41,662 nt of DNA from assembly GCA_004764695.1 (NCBI GenBank), contig CM015709.1, positions 1 to 41,662 on the forward strand, written 5' to 3'. The position numbers and the translations under genes were made by a program. Below are positions 22,106-32,200 of this stretch, piece after piece. This DNA comes from Schizochytrium sp. TIO01. Its lineage: Eukaryota > Protista > Bigyra: Labyrinthulomycetes. Each line of letters starts with the position of its first letter. Within the stretch, counting starts at the first letter, position 1. The notes under the pieces are model-generated. The model was given only the letters and a program-made list of their open reading frames with translations, was not told where the DNA came from and searched no databases.

Positions 22106-22792
22106 TTATTTTTTTGTCAACCATCCCCAAGGACTTACAGAAGGACGTCCCCCAGAAGACTTACCTTCACCGCCTCCATGTGGATGATCTACAGGATTTA
22201 TAGCAACTCCTCGAACGGTAGGCCTTTTTCCTATCCAACGAGATTGACCTGCTTTAAACAGATTTTTTAGATAAAAACGCTCATTACCTACTTTACCATA
22301 AGAAGCAAATACAAAAGAAGAAACTTTTTTAATAACACCAGAGGACAACCTAATGAAACAAAATTTATCAGATTTTTGAACAAGGGTACAAAAAGAACCT
22401 GCAGACTTTGCATACTTACAGTCAACATCATGTAGAAAAGAACCCAAAGGAAAAGAGGAAACAAAACAACGAGTACCTGGCAAAAGCTCACTATAAGTAA
22501 CATTTGATTGAGAAGAAAAACTAAAAGAGTTACCTACCTCTATACCTGAGGTATTAAGTACAAAAGAGTATAGTTTAGACTCCGAATGTTGAACTAGTGC
22601 AAGGGATACATTACGAAAAGGATCATAGTGAAAACTAATAATTGAATAACTACCAAACGCCTTTTTACTAAGACCTAGCAAACGAAGCTTTTTAGAATGA
22701 CCCCCTCCTTTATGGCGGCATGTAATTTTTCCGGAATTATTCCTCCCAGAATTTTTAGAAATACCTTTTGAAAGAAGTTTAGGAAAACGCAT
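22106..22792 (-). CDS. rpl2: ribosomal protein L2 (228 aa)
   Basis: SGRNNSGKIT.RHKGGG, YDPFR, VRGVA(M)NPVDHPHGGGEG. Confidence 0.96.
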   Translation of the reverse strand: MRFPKLLSKGISKNSGRNNSGKITCRHKGGGHSKKLRLLGLSKKAFGSYSIISFHYDPFRNVSLALVQHSESKLYSFVLNTSGIEVGNSFSFSSQSNVTYSELLPGTRCFVSSFPLGSFLHDVDCKYAKSAGSFCTLVQKSDKFCFIRLSSGVIKKVSSFVFASYGKVGNERFYLKNLFKAGQSRWIGKRPTVRGVAINPVDHPHGGGEGKSSGGRPSVSPWGWLTKK

Positions 22793-22796
22793 TAAA

Positions 22797-23504
22797 TAAC
22801 ACTTTAAAATTTTTAAAGAAACATATAAGTAGTAGGACAGCTTCAAAAAACATTGAAAGCACAGCGAAGATGATAACCTGAGTAAGTAGATCTGGGGGAG
22901 ATAGAATCCCACCGCAAATACTAAATATAACATAAAAGTAACGCCTATTATAAAACACAAAACTACTACTAAATGACGTAAAACCAAAAAGGATACTCAG
23001 TAGTACAGGGAAAAAGCTAAATATAAAAACCATCCCAAAATGTAGAAGTATAATAAAGCGTATAAAAAAAGAATAATTAAATATGAAATCAATAGAAAAA
23101 AAGCTCGTCGCTATACTAAACTGAATAAAAAAACACCACAACTTAGGCAAGAAATAAGCAAAACAACTGATACCCGCAAAAAAATAAAGGCTCAAAAAAC
23201 AAAGTAGCAAAAAACGAACCAACCGTTGCTCATGAAGGTACAAAGCGGGTATAAAAAAGCAATAAGCTTGAATCAAAAAAACGACGAGTGAAACAAAAAA
23301 ACCAAAGTAAATACTAAAAATGACATCTGTATTAAACAACTCAAAAGGAGATAGAATAATAAACCTATAAGAATCAATGGATATTGTTACGATATACAAA
23401 AGATTGCTTTTTTTAAAAAAGATAACAAAACTGGTTATAATAAAAGACAGGATAACATAAAACAACCTATATACCAAGTCCTGAATAAAAAATTTATAAA
23501 TCAT
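22797..23504 (-). CDS. tatC: twin-arginine translocase subunit TatC (235 aa, TTA stop)
   Basis: Multi-TM protein; LSPFELF, FFIPALYLHE, RRYFY, ILSPPDLLTQ motifs. Confidence 0.9.
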
Positions 23505-25070
23505 CCACAAATAGAATTGAATACAAAATACGTATAATAACGATTACTGTAATAAACCAAGCTAACACAAAGGCTAGCCTTGGCTTTCACACACAAGACA
23601 CCCGTAAGGAATTTCATTTAAATGGCATATAATTAGTTTAGATAGATACTCCTTTAAGGCTATCCAACAACAACCTGTTCGATTAATTTGAAACCATCAT
23701 AACTTTCACCCGTCTCTACTCTAACGAAGTATAAATTCGTAGTATAATTCCAGACATACATATAAAGCTGCGCACGAAACTCCACTCAGCTAGCTGCGCA
23801 TTACTAACCAAGCTTTATTTCACTTTATAATGCATACCTTTCTTTTTACCACTCTTTTAAACTCCCTTTTCATAAATACCAAGATTACTAATTAATTAGA
23901 ATTAACAAAATCAATCTAATAAAGCTGCGTCTTCCAACACATAAACTTTCTCTAAACAAAACCGCATAAAATAACCAAAAAAACTACATCCCAAACAGGA
24001 CTCGATACCGTATGGTACTCTTGTCGCTCACAAAGTGAACAACTCACGTAGATAGATCGCCCTATCCGACATCACAAACAAGTAAAAACAACCCTCATAC
24101 AAGCTGCTCCCCTCCTTTTGCTAGAATTCTCCATATAATAAAAGTTACTCTCCTACAAGCATACCGGTGACTACTACATCACACACTCCTCTCCAACTAC
24201 CATGAACTTCTTGACACCCCAACCTTGCAATCCACTTGCCTAGAAAGAATTAGGACAAGCGTCTCGCTCTAGATATAATATAACTCGCGTACCCTCGCGA
24301 CGACTTTCTCAAACTTTCATTCAATAGGTCTAATCCGCATACGAAAATACTACGAATTGGCTAGCAAAGCAGACTTCGTTTCATCACTTTGCCTCGCACT
24401 TGAATTCCATGCCTCAAACAACACTTCCTCCCATACGAGTATGCCAGCTAAGTTATTTCATTCGATCTCACTGCCTTATTAGGGCAAGTGCACTGACACC
24501 ACTCCGGTTCCCCATTACTAGCAAGGAGATATGATCCTTGCCGCAATTCGATAGCATTGAATAAACTACTACCTCTCTAACTACTGCGCGCATTGGCGTG
24601 GGCCACCCTATCTTCATCTTCGTTAGAAATTTTTTTTTAAATCTTTGCTGGTTTTAGGTCTTGTTAAGCCTTATTATAAAGAGTTTATACACTAGTTCAC
24701 TTGAGAAACGCAATACCAACGCATAAGCTGAGAACCTATGCGGCAATCCTTCCTTTTTTCGCGCTTACCATAATGATACCTTCTCATTCAATTAAATTAC
24801 TTATGGTAAACTTTTTCAGCTAAAAAGGCTATTTTAGAAAAACTAGATACTGAAGCCCAGGGGAAGTCGAACCCCCGCTTATGCATCTGAACCTGTTTGA
24901 ACAGTCCAGTAGCGGTCCCAGCTGTATTCTATTACAAGACACTCTCCTCCGTAGCGGCGTGATCTTGCTCTATGTCGAGAATAGTGGGCGAACCTTCGGC
25001 TTCTGGAATTAATTATATTACTAATTAAGACGAATATTTATTAAAAACGAATAAGAGGCATTTTACTTTG
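23505..25070. promoter_or_regulatory. unique non-coding region upstream of tatC (putative control or promoter region)
   Basis: ~1.5 kb with no ORF in the track; lies 5' of the first gene of the single-strand gene array; function inferred from position only. Confidence 0.35.
24851..25003 (-). ncRNA. structured RNA candidate with tRNA-like ends (tmRNA-like)
   Basis: 5' GAAGCC pairs with 3' GGCTTC; GGGGG-TTCGACT-TCCCC T-arm; internal stems; more GC-rich than its surroundings. Confidence 0.35.
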
Positions 25071-25074
25071 CCTC

Positions 25075-25125
25075 AGGGTAGAACGGGAATCGAACCCGTT
25101 TTATATACATATACCAAAGCTACCC
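25075..25125 (-). ncRNA. tRNA-like minihelix, left boundary copy of the repeat region
   Basis: GGGTAGC-19 nt-ACGGG TTCGATT CCCGT-TCTACCC-T. Confidence 0.6.
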
Positions 25126-25130
25126 ACATT

Positions 25131-28100
25131 AAAACTGGAAGGAGGGGCCAAAGTCCGAAAATCCTCCTTCTATAAGCATGGAGCTAGCCCAAAAACTTCA
25201 AGAACCTCGTGCACGGACCTCCGGTAACAGTAAAACTGGAAGGAGGGGCCAAAGTCCGAAAATCCTCCTTCTATAAGCATGGAGCTAGCCCAAAAACTTC
25301 AAGAACCTCGTGCACGGACCTCCGGTAACAGTAAAACTGGAAGGAGGGGCCAAAGTCCGAAAATCCTCCTTCTATAAGCATGGAGCTAGCCCAAAAACTT
25401 CAAGAACCTCGTGCACGGACCTCCGGTAACAGTAAAACTGGAAGGAGGGGCCAAAGTCCGAAAATCCTCCTTCTATAAGCATGGAGCTAGCCCAAAAACT
25501 TCAAGAACCTCGTGCACGGACCTCCGGTAACAGTAAAACTGGAAGGAGGGGCCAAAGTCCGAAAATCCTCCTTCTATAAGCATGGAGCTAGCCCAAAAAC
25601 TTCAAGAACCTCGTGCACGGACCTCCGGTAACAGTAAAACTGGAAGGAGGGGCCAAAGTCCGAAAATCCTCCTTCTATAAGCATGGAGCTAGCCCAAAAA
25701 CTTCAAGAACCTCGTGCACGGACCTCCGGTAACAGTAAAACTGGAAGGAGGGGCCAAAGTCCGAAAATCCTCCTTCTATAAGCATGGAGCTAGCCCAAAA
25801 ACTTCAAGAACCTCGTGCACGGACCTCCGGTAACAGTAAAACTGGAAGGAGGGGCCAAAGTCCGAAAATCCTCCTTCTATAAGCATGGAGCTAGCCCAAA
25901 AACTTCAAGAACCTCGTGCACGGACCTCCGGTAACAGTAAAACTGGAAGGAGGGGCCAAAGTCCGAAAATCCTCCTTCTATAAGCATGGAGCTAGCCCAA
26001 AAACTTCAAGAACCTCGTGCACGGACCTCCGGTAACAGTAAAACTGGAAGGAGGGGCCAAAGTCCGAAAATCCTCCTTCTATAAGCATGGAGCTAGCCCA
26101 AAAACTTCAAGAACCTCGTGCACGGACCTCCGGTAACAGTAAAACTGGAAGGAGGGGCCAAAGTCCGAAAATCCTCCTTCTATAAGCATGGAGCTAGCCC
26201 AAAAACTTCAAGAACCTCGTGCACGGACCTCCGGTAACAGTAAAACTGGAAGGAGGGGCCAAAGTCCGAAAATCCTCCTTCTATAAGCATGGAGCTAGCC
26301 CAAAAACTTCAAGAACCTCGTGCACGGACCTCCGGTAACAGTAAAACTGGAAGGAGGGGCCAAAGTCCGAAAATCCTCCTTCTATAAGCATGGAGCTAGC
26401 CCAAAAACTTCAAGAACCTCGTGCACGGACCTCCGGTAACAGTAAAACTGGAAGGAGGGGCCAAAGTCCGAAAATCCTCCTTCTATAAGCATGGAGCTAG
26501 CCCAAAAACTTCAAGAACCTCGTGCACGGACCTCCGGTAACAGTAAAACTGGAAGGAGGGGCCAAAGTCCGAAAATCCTCCTTCTATAAGCATGGAGCTA
26601 GCCCAAAAACTTCAAGAACCTCGTGCACGGACCTCCGGTAACAGTAAAACTGGAAGGAGGGGCCAAAGTCCGAAAATCCTCCTTCTATAAGCATGGAGCT
26701 AGCCCAAAAACTTCAAGAACCTCGTGCACGGACCTCCGGTAACAGTAAAACTGGAAGGAGGGGCCAAAGTCCGAAAATCCTCCTTCTATAAGCATGGAGC
26801 TAGCCCAAAAACTTCAAGAACCTCGTGCACGGACCTCCGGTAACAGTAAAACTGGAAGGAGGGGCCAAAGTCCGAAAATCCTCCTTCTATAAGCATGGAG
26901 CTAGCCCAAAAACTTCAAGAACCTCGTGCACGGACCTCCGGTAACAGTAAAACTGGAAGGAGGGGCCAAAGTCCGAAAATCCTCCTTCTATAAGCATGGA
27001 GCTAGCCCAAAAACTTCAAGAACCTCGTGCACGGACCTCCGGTAACAGTAAAACTGGAAGGAGGGGCCAAAGTCCGAAAATCCTCCTTCTATAAGCATGG
27101 AGCTAGCCCAAAAACTTCAAGAACCTCGTGCACGGACCTCCGGTAACAGTAAAACTGGAAGGAGGGGCCAAAGTCCGAAAATCCTCCTTCTATAAGCATG
27201 GAGCTAGCCCAAAAACTTCAAGAACCTCGTGCACGGACCTCCGGTAACAGTAAAACTGGAAGGAGGGGCCAAAGTCCGAAAATCCTCCTTCTATAAGCAT
27301 GGAGCTAGCCCAAAAACTTCAAGAACCTCGTGCACGGACCTCCGGTAACAGTAAAACTGGAAGGAGGGGCCAAAGTCCGAAAATCCTCCTTCTATAAGCA
27401 TGGAGCTAGCCCAAAAACTTCAAGAACCTCGTGCACGGACCTCCGGTAACAGTAAAACTGGAAGGAGGGGCCAAAGTCCGAAAATCCTCCTTCTATAAGC
27501 ATGGAGCTAGCCCAAAAACTTCAAGAACCTCGTGCACGGACCTCCGGTAACAGTAAAACTGGAAGGAGGGGCCAAAGTCCGAAAATCCTCCTTCTATAAG
27601 CATGGAGCTAGCCCAAAAACTTCAAGAACCTCGTGCACGGACCTCCGGTAACAGTAAAACTGGAAGGAGGGGCCAAAGTCCGAAAATCCTCCTTCTATAA
27701 GCATGGAGCTAGCCCAAAAACTTCAAGAACCTCGTGCACGGACCTCCGGTAACAGTAAAACTGGAAGGAGGGGCCAAAGTCCGAAAATCCTCCTTCTATA
27801 AGCATGGAGCTAGCCCAAAAACTTCAAGAACCTCGTGCACGGACCTCCGGTAACAGTAAAACTGGAAGGAGGGGCCAAAGTCCGAAAATCCTCCTTCTAT
27901 AAGCATGGAGCTAGCCCAAAAACTTCAAGAACCTCGTGCACGGACCTCCGGTAACAGTAAAACTGGAAGGAGGGGCCAAAGTCCGAAAATCCTCCTTCTA
28001 TAAGCATGGAGCTAGCCCAAAAACTTCAAGAACCTCGTGCACGGACCTCCGGTAACAGTAAAACTGGAAGGAGGGGCCAAAGTCCGAAAATCCTCCTTCT

Positions 28101-29253
28101 ATAAGCATGGAGCTAGCCCAAAAACTTCAAGAACCTCGTGCACGGACCTCCGGTAACAGTAAAACTGGAAGGAGGGGCCAAAGTCCGAAAATCCTCCTTC
28201 TATAAGCATGGAGCTAGCCCAAAAACTTCAAGAACCTCGTGCACGGACCTCCGGTAACAGTAAAACTGGAAGGAGGGGCCAAAGTCCGAAAATCCTCCTT
28301 CTATAAGCATGGAGCTAGCCCAAAAACTTCAAGAACCTCGTGCACGGACCTCCGGTAACAGTAAAACTGGAAGGAGGGGCCAAAGTCCGAAAATCCTCCT
28401 TCTATAAGCATGGAGCTAGCCCAAAAACTTCAAGAACCTCGTGCACGGACCTCCGGTAACAGTAAAACTGGAAGGAGGGGCCAAAGTCCGAAAATCCTCC
28501 TTCTATAAGCATGGAGCTAGCCCAAAAACTTCAAGAACCTCGTGCACGGACCTCCGGTAACAGTAAAACTGGAAGGAGGGGCCAAAGTCCGAAAATCCTC
28601 CTTCTATAAGCATGGAGCTAGCCCAAAAACTTCAAGAACCTCGTGCACGGACCTCCGGTAACAGTAAAACTGGAAGGAGGGGCCAAAGTCCGAAAATCCT
28701 CCTTCTATAAGCATGGAGCTAGCCCAAAAACTTCAAGAACCTCGTGCACGGACCTCCGGTAACAGTAAAACTGGAAGGAGGGGCCAAAGTCCGAAAATCC
28801 TCCTTCTATAAGCATGGAGCTAGCCCAAAAACTTCAAGAACCTCGTGCACGGACCTCCGGTAACAGTAAAACTGGAAGGAGGGGCCAAAGTCCGAAAATC
28901 CTCCTTCTATAAGCATGGAGCTAGCCCAAAAACTTCAAGAACCTCGTGCACGGACCTCCGGTAACAGTAAAACTGGAAGGAGGGGCCAAAGTCCGAAAAT
29001 CCTCCTTCTATAAGCATGGAGCTAGCCCAAAAACTTCAAGAACCTCGTGCACGGACCTCCGGTAACAGTAAAACTGGAAGGAGGGGCCAAAGTCCGAAAA
29101 TCCTCCTTCTATAAGCATGGAGCTAGCCCAAAAACTTCAAGAACCTCGTGCACGGACCTCCGGTAACAGTAAAACTGGAAGGAGGGGCCAAAGTCCGAAA
29201 ATCCTCCTTCTATAAGCATGGAGCTAGCCCAAAAACTTCAAGAACCTCGTGCA
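25131..29253. repeat. tandem array of a 101-bp unit, 40 full copies plus an 83-bp partial
   Basis: Unit AAAACTGGAAGGAGGGGCCAAAGTCCGAAAATCCTCCTTC...CCGGTAACAGT starts at 25131, 25232 ... 29171. Confidence 0.97.
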
Positions 29254-32200
29254 ACCTAAATTTTATCATTTAAACATATTATTAATCTCTGAATAGGTAT
29301 ATTATTTACATATTCTTCCCCAAACTTCCAAACCCTACTTTCTGTGCGCAACCTCTACACCTCCTCCTCCGTGAACCTGCGTCAGAGGAGGTGTAGAGGA
29401 TAGCTAGAAAGGAGGTACAGTGTCTAAAATGGAAATTAACTCTAGCGTCATCGATATTAACCCCATTTAAACACTTATTCTCTGTAATAGTTAGCTTCTC
29501 ACACTAAGATAGAACAAATAAGAGGCATTTTTACCCTGCCTCAGGGTAGAACAGGAATCGAACCCGTTTTATATACATATACCAAAGCTACCCACATAAA
29601 AATTGGAAGGAGGGGCCAAAGTCCGAAAATCCTCCTTCTATAAGCATGGAGCTAGCTCCAAAACTTCAAGAACCTCGTGCACGGACCTCCTATAACAGTA
29701 AAACTGGAAGGAGGGGCCAAAGTCCGAAAATCCTCCTTCTATAAGCATGGAGCTAGCCCAAAAACTTCAAGAACCTCGTGCACGGACCTCCGGTAACAGT
29801 AAAACTGGAAGGAGGGGCCAAAGTCCGAAAATCCTCCTTCTATAAGCATGGAGCTAGCCCAAAAACTTCAAGAACCTCGTGCACGGACCTCCGGTAACAG
29901 TAAAACTGGAAGGAGGGGCCAAAGTCCGAAAATCCTCCTTCTATAAGCATGGAGCTAACCCAAAAACTTCAAGAACCTCGTGCACGGACCTCCGGTAACA
30001 GTAAAACTGGAAGGAGGGGCCAAAGTCCGAAAATCCTCCTTCTATAAGCATGGAGCTAGCCCAAAAACTTCAAGAACCTCGTGCACGGACCTCCTATAAC
30101 AGTAAAACTGGAAGGAGGGGCCAAAGTCCGAAAATCCTCCTTCTATAAGCATGGAGCTAGCCCAAAAACTTCAAGAACCTCGTGCACGGACCTCCGGTAA
30201 CAGTAAAACTGGAAGGAGGGGCCAAAGTCCGAAAATCCTCCTTCTATAAGCATGGAGCTAGCCCAAAAACTTCAAGAACCTCGTGCAACCTAAATTTTAT
30301 CATTTAAACATATTATTAATCTCTGAATAGGTATATTATTTACATATTCTTCCCCAAACTTCCAAACCCTACTTTCTGTGCGCAACCTCTACACCTCCTC
30401 CTCCGTGAACCTGCGTCAGAGGAGGTGTAGAGGATAGCTAGAAAGGAGGTACAGTGTCTAAAATGGAAATTAACTCTAGCGTCATCGATATTAACCCCAT
30501 TTAAACACTTATTCTCTGTAATAGTTAGCTTCTCACACTAAGATAGAACAAATAAGAGGCATTTTTACCCTGCCTCAGGGTAGAACAGGAATCGAACCCG
30601 TTTTATATACATATACCAAAGCTACCCACATAAAAATTGGAAGGAGGGGCCAAAGTCCGAAAATCCTCCTTCTATAAGCATGGAGCTAGCTCCAAAACTT
30701 CAAGAACCTCGTGCACGGACCTCCTATAACAGTAAAACTGGAAGGAGGGGCCAAAGTCCGAAAATCCTCCTTCTATAAGCATGGAGCTAGCCCAAAAACT
30801 TCAAGAACCTCGTGCACGGACCTCCGGTAACAGTAAAACTGGAAGGAGGGGCCAAAGTCCGAAAATCCTCCTTCTATAAGCATGGAGCTAGCCCAAAAAC
30901 TTCAAGAACCTCGTGCACGGACCTCCGGTAACAGTAAAACTGGAAGGAGGGGCCAAAGTCCGAAAATCCTCCTTCTATAAGCATGGAGCTAGCCCAAAAA
31001 CTTCAAGAACCTCGTGCACGGACCTCCGGTAACAGTAAAACTGGAAGGAGGGGCCAAAGTCCGAAAATCCTCCTTCTATAAGCATGGAGCTAACCCAAAA
31101 ACTTCAAGAACCTCGTGCACGGACCTCCGGTAACAGTAAAACTGGAAGGAGGGGCCAAAGTCCGAAAATCCTCCTTCTATAAGCATGGAGCTAGCCCAAA
31201 AACTTCAAGAACCTCGTGCACGGACCTCCTATAACAGTAAAACTGGAAGGAGGGGCCAAAGTCCGAAAATCCTCCTTCTATAAGCATGGAGCTAGCCCAA
31301 AAACTTCAAGAACCTCGTGCACGGACCTCCGGTAACAGTAAAACTGGAAGGAGGGGCCAAAGTCCGAAAATCCTCCTTCTATAAGCATGGAGCTAGCCCA
31401 AAAACTTCAAGAACCTCGTGCAACCTAAATTTTATCATTTAAACATATTATTAATCTCTGAATAGGTATATTATTTACATATTCTTCCCCAAACTTCCAA
31501 ACCCTACTTTCTGTGCGCAACCTCTACACCTCCTCCTCCGTGAACCTGCGTCAGAGGAGGTGTAGAGGATAGCTAGAAAGGAGGTACAGTGTCTAAAATG
31601 GAAATTAACTCTAGCGTCATCGATATTAACCCCATTTAAACACTTATTCTCTGTAATAGTTAGCTTCTCACACTAAGATAGAACAAATAAGAGGCATTTT
31701 TACCCTGCCTCAGGGTAGAACAGGAATCGAACCCGTTTTATATACATATACCAAAGCTACCCACATAAAAATTGGAAGGAGGGGCCAAAGTCCGAAAATC
31801 CTCCTTCTATAAGCATGGAGCTAGCTCCAAAACTTCAAGAACCTCGTGCACGGACCTCCTATAACAGTAAAACTGGAAGGAGGGGCCAAAGTCCGAAAAT
31901 CCTCCTTCTATAAGCATGGAGCTAGCCCAAAAACTTCAAGAACCTCGTGCACGGACCTCCGGTAACAGTAAAACTGGAAGGAGGGGCCAAAGTCCGAAAA
32001 TCCTCCTTCTATAAGCATGGAGCTAGCCCAAAAACTTCAAGAACCTCGTGCACGGACCTCCGGTAACAGTAAAACTGGAAGGAGGGGCCAAAGTCCGAAA
32101 ATCCTCCTTCTATAAGCATGGAGCTAGCCCAAAAACTTCAAGAACCTCGTGCAACCTAAATTTTATCATTTAAACATATTATTAATCTCTGAATAGGTAT

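Noticed and set aside
25140-25160. GGAGG...AAAGTCC in the 101-bp unit as an RNase P RNA (rnpB) P4 motif
   Set aside because: The motif is interrupted (GAGGGGCCAAAGTCC) and no complementary 3' P4 strand (A.AA..C.GC.TA type) is present
29543-29593. Repeat-region minihelix as a functional tRNA-Tyr (TATA-TGTA-TATA in the linker)
   Set aside because: No 5-bp stem with a 7-nt loop, the terminal copy changes this segment, and a normal trnY exists at 36291-36371
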